A DNA stretch of 64,000 nucleotides from Antedon mediterranea (lineage: Eukaryota > Animalia > Echinodermata): positions 6,944,001 to 7,008,000 of the forward strand of contig NC_092674.1 of the NCBI RefSeq assembly GCF_964355755.1, given 5' to 3'. Numbering within the stretch: the first letter of the stretch is position 1; each line of letters starts with the position of its first letter. The notes under the pieces are model-generated. The model did not search any database. It was not told the DNA's origin and saw only the letters and a program-made list of their open reading frames with translations. This document shows positions 52,867 through 64,000 of the stretch, piece by piece. The position numbers and the translations under genes were made by a program.

Positions 52867-53132
52867 AGGGAGTGTGGTGCAGTGTGTTGGACGTTGGACT
52901 ACTGATCGTGAGATTGTGGTTCAAATCCAACTCTGCCGCATTGCTTGTATCCTTAGGCAAGATACTTTACTTACGTTTGCCTCTCCACACCCAGGTGTAT
53001 AAATGGGTACCCATTATGGGAGTATGTTTCCATACGTGTTTGATGCAAAACTGACTGGGGTAATAATGTTCAGCGCTTAGAGGTTTCACAACATTAGGCG
53101 CTATATAAAACCAGAATATTATTATTATTATT
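52867..53132 (+). mobile_element. tRNA-derived SINE (family B) with L2-like tail
   Basis: A and B boxes, CCTTAGGCAAGATACTTTAC..CACCCAGGTGTATAAATGGGTACC, tail CAGCGCTTAGAG..GCGCTATATAAA..(ATT)n. Confidence 0.82.
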
Positions 53133-53715
53133 AAAATGCCTCTGATTGGATTCGAATCTGCGTCTTCTCACCGATATATTATACAGTACGTGTATATATG
53201 AAGAGGTTATGGCAAAGAAGCAAATAATTAATTATTAATTAATTGATAGTAATAAATTGTCTTGGGCATTTCGTTTTTATAGTTAGGTTATTAATTTACA
53301 ATAAAGTACACAGTATTATTAATGTTACTACTGTATTGTAGTAATTTTGTTAAAAATAAACTATAAGAACTTAATTCTTTTATATTTTAAGTTTATATAG
53401 AGTATTTTACAATTTTTATATAGTTGCTGTATTTGTGAGAGTAGTATTAGTAGAACACCTATCAAGGGACACCTTAAGGACCCAACAAAGTTTCACCTTA
53501 ATTGGGGTGTCCCTTGAATAGGGGTTGGCTGTAGTTAAAACATTAGTTGTGTTTCCAAAGGATGTGAACTAAACATTGGATACACACTATTAGTTGAGCA
53601 TATCAATGATTTACAGAATAGGGACTTACTTATTTTATTATTATTGCCAGCATGAGCTAGAATGTACATTTTATTATCTTATAAGTAACAAACTAAACTT
53701 CCATCTTCTATTTAA

Positions 53716-53860
53716 AGCTCTGTCTACACTATCAAAAACTAGTTTGTGTACAAAAAAATGTGATGTGACCATATATTAAACACGATGATGTCATAACACT
53801 ATCATATTTGGGCCTATCACACTTTTTTGTCACATAAAGTTTGATAGTTTACATGGAGCT
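53716..53860. mobile_element. MITE family A copy
   Basis: TIRs + TAA TSD. Confidence 0.78.
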
Positions 53861-54024
53861 TAAGAAACTTTCTAATCTGCATCAAAATATATTAAACATG
53901 CAGTCAATCTCCCACCAGATATAAAATATGTAAATTTATTTGTCAATATTTATATAATGGACTTAGTACATACTGAATGAAGGAAGATGATTAGCATTAT
54001 TTTGCATCAGGAGTTGTAAATCTA

Positions 54025-54040
54025 AATAAAAGAAAATAAA
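54025..54040 (+). terminator. Candidate distal polyadenylation signals of LONRF
   Basis: Two AATAAA followed by a GT/T-rich tract; an earlier AATAAA lies near 51549. Confidence 0.35.
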
Positions 54041-54229
54041 TTATGTCAAGTTTTTACTGTTTGATTTATTTGTATGTAAAACAAAAAGAAAATTTTATTC
54101 AAAACATATGTCTACTTAAAAGTAGGTAATACTATGTTCTGTTGAAAAAAATAAAATTATTATGTAATATTTTTTCTTACAAAATGCAGACAACTTAAGT
54201 AAAGTAAATAGCGCCACCATATTCTTATC

Positions 54230-54553
54230 TACCTGCGTTCTGACTAAACCCGGTTACTAACGTCTAAACCGGTGATAAGAAAACAATAGGTACTCGGCAG
54301 CGAGGACGCGCCTCTGTTGTCCAAATTTGCATAATTTTGTGTACGTGACGTCATACCGACGGATTCACTTGATCAGTTTTGTACAACAGGTCACTCTCGT
54401 ACTGGAAGAAAAGTGTTTACAAAATTCAAATTTGTTAAAAGGCTGTGTGTTGTCGCCGATAAATTTTATCAAATGAAGCGTACAAAAGGAATTCCTGAAT
54501 CTAGCTTGGTTTAGAATGGAAATGTAGGTACTTGTTTTGTTGTTTTTAGGCCG
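54230..54553 (+). promoter_or_regulatory. Putative promoter and non-coding first exon (possibly of the WW-domain gene)
   Basis: CpG-rich patch, octamer ATTTGCAT (54325), CRE TGACGTCA (54346), strong donor CCG|GTAAGC at 54553/54554. Confidence 0.35.
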
Positions 54554-54966
54554 GTAAGCCATCTGCTTTTACCAGGGTATTATTACCATATGTATATGAT
54601 GGAGGAAGTAAGTTCCCGTACCTACCTGTTGAGAGCAGACGACACCAGACGAACGTTCGTTTGGCAGCTGCAGTATGTATTTTATGTAACAGACTTCTAT
54701 TATATAGAATTAATAAAATAAAATAAGAGAATTGAAGAGAAATCAAATATAATTTTGTTTCCTCTCTCCAGTTATGTCTAGTGTAATATCGTTTAGTTAG
54801 TGCAAGAGGTAACAATAACATATTATTGTGTGAGTATGAGCTTATAATTGCTAGGCCCAGGCATATCATGATGATCATGATGGTAACAAAATGGTAGGCA
54901 TGCCTCAGCATTTTCATATGTCCTAATAGTAGACAAAAACTATATATTCTACTGATCTCTGTATAT

Positions 54967-56208
54967 CAGACCTTGATTTATAAATATAAGAGGAGAGCTC
55001 CTAATGGCTCTCCTCAATATGTTGAGGAGAGCCATTATTTTGATTAAGTATTCGAGCCACAGGCCCACCATGGTTGGGCCTGTGGCGAGCCGAATTTTGA
55101 TAAATGACACCTCTAGATGGCCGGAAATGGTACTCTCGCACGTAAAATTCATCGTAGGTCATTGTTCTCTGAACGTAGTCTACGATGTATTGTTATGATG
55201 ATAATTATCTACGCGTCGATCGTTGTCGTAGGGTGGTTCGTAGGGTTAGTAAAACACCATTCATTGTCATCGCCTTTTAGAAGCATGGACAATGCAAACA
55301 AACAATGTATTGTTTGCTAATTAAAATCCTATCTAAAGATAGTAGACGTCAATTTTTGTAGCCACCCTAGCTAGGCCTACGCATCGGTTATCCTAATTTG
55401 GACGGAAATCCGCCGACGAGACGACATCGGGTCCGTGGACCTCTCAGCTCACGCAGAGAGAGAGAGTCGAGGCTATCTATCTAGGCCTCCCTAGTCTAGT
55501 TTCGGCGGCCTACACTATAAATTATTTAATCCTACCTTGGGTTAGCGAATTATAAAAACGACACCTAGGCTAGGACACCAACAAAATATATGCAAAATAA
55601 ATATATATTCCATATTAATTACTATAAGATTTAACATAAAGGCGACATGTGTATAAGAAAAGGCCCGACCAGAATTTGGAGGGGAAAACATGTGAGCAGT
55701 TATTAAGATCAGAGAGAGTATTATGTTTCATGTCATGTGACACAAAATCCAGGTACACGATCTACTGTTTATCGTCGGCAGCCACCCCTCACACACAGTC
55801 ATACTGAGTTTAAAAAAAACCCATGTGAGATGTTGCGGTAAAGCAGAGAGTATCGCGTTTCATGCCATGTCACCAAAAAAACTAGGTCTGTATATAAATT
55901 ACGGTCTTCTGACGGCAGTCTTTTTGAGCTACCGATTGAACGTTCTGATACTATATTTAGAATGAATTGTTTACGATATTTTTCTCGCAACATCAAAGAT
56001 CGTAGGCGCGCCTAGCCTATCGGGGGTAAAAGATCGTTTGCGCGACTATGACTGTGTGTTGTATTCGGGGTTAATATTCTTATCATTATATATATTTTTA
56101 TGACGCACTGTAACAGGTTGGGGAGCGCTATTTTAGGCGCTCCTTTGATCGTTTTCAGGAGCGCCAAGGAGCGTCAGCGCCATGGCGCTCCTTTTAAATC
56201 AAGGTCTG
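54967..56208. mobile_element. 1.24-kb non-autonomous DNA transposon (hAT-like) with 6-bp TSD
   Basis: 14-bp TIR CAGACCTTGATTTA, flanked by GTATAT at 54961-54966 and 56209-56214; subterminal GGAG(A/C)GC repeats. Confidence 0.8.
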
Positions 56209-57184
56209 GTATATGCAAATGACAATAAAAGGAAATGATGATTTCCACTAATAAGTGAATGAATGAATAAATCTATTATTAATTTTTAATGGGGTCTGGT
56301 TAAAAACGCTGCCAACAGCAGCCAGGGGAAGAAAACAAATAATTTTCGTTATTAAATATTAAAAATTCTAACAATCATGGTCTAAAATAATGGCTTGCGA
56401 CGCTACAGCATTATCATATCTACCGAGGTTATCGTTAGAGTTGGGTTCAGGTTGCAACCACTGAGTAGCATTGTCGTGACCTTAACTTCACCCTCAAAAG
56501 TGCATTAGGGCCTTATGAATATACATACTAAAGATGAAAAGAGAAAGAAAAAACGGTGAAAGAAATATGCGATCTACACATCCTCCTTTACTTTATATTT
56601 GCCAATTTTCTACAGCCAATTCTTTACATCTCGATTGAATTGCATACTGTATATAACGAATGCATTATATAGTGTATTACGGTGACATCTGTTACTCAGT
56701 TGAATCACAATAACTATTAACCCTTTTTTTTTCAATTCATCAATCGAATCATATCTCCTAGGCATGCTTCATTACATTCATAATTATTCATTTACAGAAT
56801 TACAATGGTGGTACATATTCTACAGGAGTATACAATACATTGAAGATCTTATTTCAATTAAAAAACACTTCCAAGGAACAAAAATATAGTACAGTACTAC
56901 CAGCATACAGTTATGTCACACAAAGTAACGGTCTATTATGTTAAGTTCTACTGTATAAGCCTACAAGGACATTTAGAGTTTGATTATTAATTTATGCAAA
57001 TGGCAGGGAATATGTTTTTAAGGTCCACCAATATTGTACAGTATGTTACCGATCTCTCACTTCACAACCAAAACCTTCTTTGGACCAAAGGAATGAACTT
57101 ACTGTACAGTATAGCATTTAGTGGCAGCACATGGCACAAAGGGAGCTGAAAGTTTCTGTCTGTGTAACATCTGGTTCACTTTAT

Positions 57185-57421
57185 TTTTTTTTAAACCATA
57201 TTTTAATGAGGGTGATCCATCCAGGAATTGCTGATCATAGGGACCTTCAGAGGTTCACAAGACAAACATACACACAAGATGCTCTACATAAACAAATTCT
57301 TATTACAAGTCTTTGGGAGTGGAGTTTTGTCCTTAGAAAAAAATCCTGACATGTGACGGGACTTGAACCCAGGACCCTTGGAGTGGTAGCCAAGCATCAT
57401 AACCACCAAGCCACAACTCCA
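57185..57421 (-). mobile_element. tRNA-derived SINE (family D)
   Basis: tRNA-like head; 3' end GGTCCCTATGATCAGC..CTGGATGGATCACCCTCA matches the LINE tail at 14326-14392. Confidence 0.75.
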
Positions 57422-58235
57422 CTGTGCTTTGCGTAAAGCTCAATATCCATTATCATAGTGAATACATGAAATGTGTGTGAATATAAGTTGTAGTAATTGT
57501 ATAACAGTACAATTGAATAGGAAAAGTAATAAAATTGTAACACATTTATGGATATTTTCAGTAAGCTTCTTATATCTAGAGGTGAGTTGATTTCGTATAG
57601 GACACTTTCACTATCATACATAAAGACACACTTGTTCAATTCCTGATAACAATGACTCCCAGTCTGTAAAGCTAGAATTAAAACATTTTGACACAGATGG
57701 CATTTCATATGTATAAATTTGAGCTTGATCCAAAATAAAAATGCTGATTAACTAGTGAAGTGCACATTTAAAAAAAAAAATGTTCTCCACACATATATTT
57801 GAAATACTTAAAATAATAATTATATAAACACTTGTGATAATAACCAATAAAAAACATAGTATGTGTGGAAGGAAACCTATATAAGTTTAAAAACTTAAGT
57901 CTAGGCTTAAAAAAGGTGAGAAGAAGATGATACAAAATATGATATATCCTAATAAAAAGGAAGGAGAAGGGAAAACACCGGACAGTCGAATATTCAGGCA
58001 AGCTCAAATAGTTAGTGGTAAAGGAATTACTAGCAACATAGAAAAGCCTCCAATTTTCTGTACTAATCATTTACCAGTACTGTAGTATAAACAAAATTTA
58101 GTTGAGTAATTAAAATGATATTTTATTGGTAATTATGTGATATCATATTTCAAAGTTAAAAGCCTCTTGACTATTATATTGATTATAATGTAATATGTTA
58201 ATGTCTTTAAAGTCTCACATGTTTTAAAGTAAGTG

Positions 58236-58680
58236 AGAATACAGAATACAGAAATGTATTGGTCCAAAAGGAAATTCATTTTGTTAACAAGCTCTCAAAC
58301 AATTTATTAAAAATATATAAAAAGTCATGAATACAAAAATACAAGATCTTATAAAAATACGAATAAACATCTAACATTGACAAAAATATAAAAATACTAT
58401 ATCGTAACAAAATATATATATATATCAGTATTATATACAGTTAATTTCGAGGGAAATCAAAACAGTTTTTAATTAACCAGTCAAACCATAAGTATATCTA
58501 TTTCCTGAAGTTTTAAAATATTGACTGTTGTGTATATACTGTTTAAATCCTTCATAATAATCGTCAAATTGATTCTGTACTTTGTAGAGATTTAGAAGTG
58601 AAGTCAACGGATGTTTAGATTAAATATAAGCTACAGTAAATAACGAACGAGCGAAATCAGTCATATTTTACCTTGTGTAA
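58236..58680 (-). mobile_element. Degenerate LINE 3' fragment
   Basis: Minus-strand 3' end AATGAATTTCCTTTTGGACCAATA + (TTCTGTA)n tail; HPL..SGNRY remnant upstream. Confidence 0.45.
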
Positions 58681-59313
58681 TTTGTCTTGGATATTTTTCA
58701 CCACAAGAACAATGTTTGTGTTAATAATTAATGTACATTGACAGAAAAAACATTTTATTTGCCTTCATCACGGAGGTTTAGGCTTCCGCTCTAATCAAGG
58801 ATAAGTTTTTAAAGTTTTGATTTATATGGTGATAAATAAAGTATACTTGGTTCTTGCACATTAAACTGTGTGTTCGTCAACTGGTTATTCTATCATGTGT
58901 AGTGTAGTGTAGTGTACAGTAACCTACCTTACTTCTTTATCTATGACACAGTGTGTTTGTTGGACAATAGGAGCTTTTTTTAACCTGGACCAAGTCACCA
59001 AATTGGGTCTGATGACTAAAATTACCAAACCAAACTTGCGAATAGTACCTCCATTTATGTCATAAGTCTTTGTTTTGCACTAGGTCCTTCAAGAAGATAT
59101 GGTTCAAGTACCACAATCATGCAGCATATCAGATCCAAACCTTTGCTGATTTTTCAACTATGAATCTGTTATATGATGTACTGTATTAATATTCATATTT
59201 TACTTTTACTATACAGTGGACCTTGCAGTATGACATCTGTTTATCTAGACTCCAGTGAGAGAATACAAGTCAACAGTATTTGGACATCCAGCTAGTGAAT
59301 AACCACTATCACC

Positions 59314-59414
59314 ATGGATATACGAGGTCAGAGTTCGTTAAAAAACATTAACGAGAAGTTACCAGATGACTGGTCTGCCAAAATTGACCAACAAGGTCGA
59401 TTGTACTACCTCAA
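59314..59414 (+). CDS. First coding exon of an N-terminal WW-domain protein (gene continues, probably beyond the window)
   Basis: accATGg Kozak context with an in-frame TGA at 59296. MDIRGQSSLKNINEKLPDDWSAKIDQQGRLYYLN fits the WW motif LP..W......GR.YY.N. Donor gtaaga. Upstream acceptor atacag at 59216. Confidence 0.75.
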
Positions 59415-59503
59415 GTAAGATTTTTTACAATTATTTAAATTTCATTAATATTAATACTTTTATACATCATGTCTAGATTTACTAGCCAAGTCAAAGAGTC
59501 TAA

Positions 59504-59632
59504 ACCTCTGTCTATCAAACTTTATGTGACAAAATGTGATGTGCCCATATATGATATCATATCACTACCATATTTAGGCATATCACCACCATATTTGGGC
59601 ACATCACACTTTTTTAGTGTGTACACAGAGCT
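59504..59632. mobile_element. MITE family A copy
   Basis: Degenerate TIRs + TAA TSD. Confidence 0.72.
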
Positions 59633-59739
59633 TAAAACGGCTAGTCAGTCTTTGTGCTCGGCGCCAAAACTAAGCATCAGGCCTGAGGCAATCAAATGCT
59701 TTGTCACAAGACCTTTCATAATGTTCAACACGATTCATT

Positions 59740-60125
59740 AAAATCCATGTGTTGTCATAAAAATTCTGCAATATAAAAATTCATCATTATTTATGAATTT
59801 GTTTTATATTAGGGTTAACTAGAGTCCATTTCCAGGTTTCAATATATTCCATGCCTAGCTTACCTGGATAAACCAATATAGGCCTTTACCCCTCCAAGAA
59901 GAGAACTTTAAGCACTTCAAATCACACAAGCACATTTATATCATTTTCAATCCATGTGTCTCTATAATTTTTTTGAAATACAAACATTATTATTTATATA
60001 TTGTTTTATATTAGAGTCAACTAGAGTCCATTTCCAGGTTTCAATTCTGTGCCTAGTTTACCTGGATAAACCAATATAGGCCTTTACCCCTCCAAGGAGA
60101 GAAGTTTACAGATCAAACAAGCACT
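59740..60125. repeat. ~205-bp tandem duplication containing a LINE terminus
   Basis: AATCCATGTGT..AACTAGAGTCCATTTCCAGG..GCCTTTACCCCTCCAAG occurs twice. Confidence 0.78.
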
Positions 60126-61860
60126 TAATACATTTGTAGTAACTTGGATCAGCTTAAATCCATTCTATGCACATTTACACTAATTGTGTGTAAACACAGC
60201 CTAAATTAAATGTCACTCAATTTAATTGTTATCAATGCCATCCCTGTAGTAAAAGAGCAGCTTAATCATTTAGTGTCCCTCTTTAATATTATTAAACAGA
60301 CTATCTATAGTACATACAATACAATACCTTAATTTATGTATTGCAATATGTCAGGCTAGACTGTTTCAGCTTTTAAACTGTACCTACTAAGAAATTAAAT
60401 TTAATCTATTAAATTTATTTTAACTTGAATCTGAATTTACTGTTGATACTTTGCGTAATCTAAATCTCATGGGGATAATTTATTGATGGTCTTATTCAAT
60501 TTATTACCGTACTCAAATAAATTCCTAATTTATAAACTTTGTAGAAAGGATGATTTGTCGAATATTGTAGTTTTTGTTGTAAAATACTTTAGATTATTTT
60601 AACCCATTCCATTTTCACATCCACTCAATATGTGGTAACGCCCAGTAACTCACAACAAACAACAACATTAATTTTTAACCTTATTTATAAATACTGACGC
60701 ATATATGATATGTGACATATTTTCTACCTTTAACTCAATTTATTTGGAGAAATTTATTCATACATACAGTACCAACACATGTAAAAAATATTATTTTATT
60801 CAATAATTAATATATATTTGGAGAAAAGAATGTAATACATACTTTGTAATATTTTTATTATATTATTTCAAAATTAATTTACACCATATAAATAAAAGTG
60901 TAATGAAGAAGAATATATGAAATTCTGCAAATAATACAAAAATCACACAGGATGCATTAAAATATTGATATTTGTATTTTTTTGCATATTTAATGGATTG
61001 ATGACTCATTGTCGTATTATATTATATAATTATTGCAAAGTGTATCCACCCATCAAGTATTCCTCCTAATGCCATACCAGGAGCTAATATACTATCAGCA
61101 TGGTAACTATCTATTAATTCATTATTTTGACCGTAATTGGCAAAATACTTAGAATTTTCAATAATTAATGAGCAAAATTTTATATTTATAATTTAGATTT
61201 CATATTGCTAAAATGATATCACTGTAATCACGGTTACATAACCAGCCAATAAAATGAGGTTTTAGTATTTATTGCATTTTAAAAATAACATATTTATATT
61301 TGGAATGAGTTTAAAACTGTTTAAATTTTGATAACTTTGAGGTTTTCATGTACAATTAGCTTGTAAATTGAATTACAGGGTGGAGTACATTAATATTTTT
61401 AATAATATAATATTTTTTTTAAATACACAGTGAACTGATATCAGCTGACCTGCGGGTTCAGCTGGAAGGGTTACCCTCTATAAATAAAGTTGAAATAAAT
61501 AAATAAATAAATAAATAAATAGTGGATAGTACTGTATGTAGACTTTGGTTTGTGTTTATTAGTTTACTGTAGATAAGGACCATATTGATAGTTCCACCAC
61601 CAATAGGTAAACAAATCCTTATGCAACATTTATAGAATGTAGAAGTTAATTTTTATATTAATAACTTTCTATACATGAATGTAATTTGATTGAATATTTT
61701 GTATAGATTATTGTTATTACATTTTGCAGTATACATAATTAAAGAGAACAATTCATATGGCCACTCCCTCAATTGTTATTCTTAGACTGTCTAATTATTG
61801 ATTAGTCAGCCTGAGTCAGTTGACAGAGAAGAACAGTCACTAAAAAGAAATGGGGCGGAG

Positions 61861-61896
61861 CATAGAGATATTATAGTGAACTATAATATCTCTATG
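61861..61896. mobile_element. 36-bp TIR-only micro-element with 7-bp TSD
   Basis: CATAGAGATATTATAGT-GA-ACTATAATATCTCTATG flanked by GGCGGAG on both sides. Confidence 0.75.
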
Positions 61897-62191
61897 GGCG
61901 GAGACATTAATACGGTATATAAAATAGCCTACTGTATAATTTTAGCCTTGTTATTTGGTCTGTGATTGAAATTGTTAGGGTAAAATTGTCCTCAAGCTTA
62001 AATTGGAAATTGGGATTAGGCCCCCTATTGACCCACGGCAGCCTGCAGTGCAGCGCATACCGAGATCAGCATGTGTTAAATACAATACAATCTCTATTAA
62101 GTGGACACCTTCAGGACCAAAAAAAGTGTCCCTTCAATAGGGGTGACTGAATAGGGATTTGCCGTAGTATTAAAATATATGTTTCCTCATT

Positions 62192-62820
62192 CGTTATGTT
62201 ATGTTATGTAGTCTATTTCGTGCCTAGCTTACCTGGATAAACCAACAATAGCCCCTTCTCCTCGAAGAGTAAGATATAACTCGAAAAGTAGAAGTTTTCA
62301 TTGAATTACCCTTTCCACAAATGGTATAGTCCATGAACTATGCCCTCAAGTGGGAGCCTGCCCACAAACCACCATCATCATTTCTTTTCGAGACATGAAA
62401 GAGTTAACATGTCTTCAAAGAGCTTACACAGTTTTCTTCAAGATGAATTTGTATTTAAATTATTAAGTGAAGATGATAAAGTATGGATGTATTATATATA
62501 TTACGTTATCTATTTAGAATCAAGTATCAATCATATGTAGGAAATCATATCTCTGTTATTGGTATACAATACGTATCTCTATCCAAGTGTAACTTAATTA
62601 AAGCCATCATTAATCCTATATGATAATCCCCTTGTCTATGTCAACTTAACCATGTATTTAAACTCTGCACAAGTACGTCACCTACCTCATTTGATATTCT
62701 GTCACTGTACACTGCACCCATATGGAGGACCCTTGTGTATTTTATAAGCTGATTATATTTAATGTCTACGTGGTGTGTTCGATCTGGAGGCTCAGAGTTG
62801 GGTGGTTTTTATCGTGATTA
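62192..62820 (-). mobile_element. Degenerate CR1-like LINE 3' end
   Basis: (ACATA)n tail on the minus strand; the same terminal sequence recurs at about 59850 and 60048. Confidence 0.5.
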
Positions 62821-62844
62821 GAACATGGCGTAAGTTAGGCCTGA

Positions 62845-62983
62845 AGTTCTGTCTGACACTATCAAACTAGTTTGACAAAAAAAGTGTTATGTGCTAAAAT
62901 ATGGTAATGATATTTCATCGTGTCTATATATGGACACATCACATTTTTTTTGTCACATGAAGTTTGATAGTGTAGATAGAGCT
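62845..62983. mobile_element. MITE family A copy
   Basis: TIRs, TGA/TTA flanks. Confidence 0.75.
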
Positions 62984-63479
62984 TTAGCGTTATAACTCTT
63001 CACTATCGATCTTCAAAACGAAAACATTTTATCCTTTCTTTTCTATCTACCCTTATTTATCGTTTCCTCTGTTATTATTGTAAAAATGAGAGTATTTGAT
63101 TGGTCACTGCCAAACAACTGGCAGTGATCTACTCCACTGCTCGCATAAACAGTGGTGGATTTGAGGAGTTTGATCTGCTCAAAACAACCCAGTCGATTAC
63201 GACTTTCTGTTCTCCATCCTATTTTTCCATATTGAAAATGGTGATATTGTATACTTTATTTTGTATTAACTACACATGTTTAGTTAAAATAAGAAAAATT
63301 GCAAAATTAACAGCAAACCAACAAAACAACTGCATAATACTGTAAGTAATATGGATTGCATGTAGATGTGAGGTGTAGTTCAAAAATTGACATAATTTAT
63401 GATCAGACTATTTTTTTAAAATAACTTGAAAACTTTAGAGTATTATTTCTGAAACAAAGTATGGTGGTAATTCAGATCT

Positions 63480-63780
63480 GAATTACTTTCAAGTGTTTCC
63501 ACAACTCTACACATTCCTATATTCAAGACCTTATATTCAGTATCAAACCATAGCCGTTGTGTCCGTTCATCCGCTGATAAACTCGCCTTTCAAGTGCCTA
63601 CAACAAACAAATTCTACATCTTACAGGACATTTTCTGCCAATGCACCTTTCTTTTGGAATCTATTAGACCTCATTTCATCTACGATGAAACAGTTTTAAT
63701 CTGTTCTTTAAATCTTTTGATTCTAATCACTGTGAGAACTTTTGTAAAGCGCCTCTAAATATTCATATTATTATTATTAT
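63480..63780 (+). mobile_element. L2-like LINE 3' fragment
   Basis: RTFSANAPFFWNLL remnant and GTAAAGCGC..(ATT)n tail. Confidence 0.6.
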
Positions 63781-64000
63781 AATGTAGGGAAAGTGCATGC
63801 CCGTAGTCCTATCCCATCTATTCACCTTCCAAGCGTTTCGGAAGGACAACATGTGTGTCGTTTATCCGTTTCTGCTGGTTTATACCTCGATGTTTAAATG
63901 GAATGTTGTTATTAAGAATGTTCAAGACATTTCTACAGTCCAGAATAATTATGCTATAAATGTTGTCAGCCTCATGTAATGTAAAACCAAATAAATTGTG

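Noticed and set aside
59850-62270. Three copies of GC/GTTTACCTGGATAAACC, resembling the U1 5' end or a minus-strand CAG|GTAA donor (spliced-leader RNA idea)
   Set aside because: The 62221 copy abuts an (ACATA)n tail and degenerate LINE sequence, and the other two lie in a local duplication. No U1 body or Sm site is evident. Best explained as LINE 3' termini.
63100-63130. SLPNNWQ, a possible second WW-like segment
   Set aside because: Immediately followed by TGA and lacks a suitable acceptor.

Overview
AT-rich eukaryotic DNA with spliced genes and dense transposon content. It looks like a marine invertebrate, possibly an echinoderm-like deuterostome; this is inference only. I can support four protein-coding loci. 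(1) An intronless type-I membrane protein with three Ig-like domains (9577..8225, minus). (2) COMMD5, 7 coding exons, 12075..23651, 213 aa, assembled by hand with GT-AG introns and consistent phases. (3) A LONRF-family E3 ligase (RING-TPR-RING-LON), 11 coding exons, 36830..51069, about 626 aa. (4) The first coding exon of an unidentified WW-domain protein (59314..59414) whose downstream exons I could not place. The rest is mostly non-autonomous elements: about 20 copies or fragments of one PIF/Harbinger-type MITE, a second Harbinger MITE family, Tc1/mariner MITEs, Helentron/DINE-like elements, tRNA-derived SINEs, LINE 3' ends, minisatellites and two degenerate tRNA-Val copies. Most short ORFs in the track are spurious. 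There is no CRISPR or prokaryotic system, and I cannot demonstrate a wholly new system. The best leads are the intronless Ig receptor, a young SINE just upstream of the COMMD5 start codon, tRNA-Val copies bracketed by Helentron-like elements, a 36-bp TIR-only insertion, a hAT-like element with a 6-bp TSD, a SINE/LINE pair with matching 3' tails, a poly(A)-signal tandem array and a minimal hammerhead-like motif.
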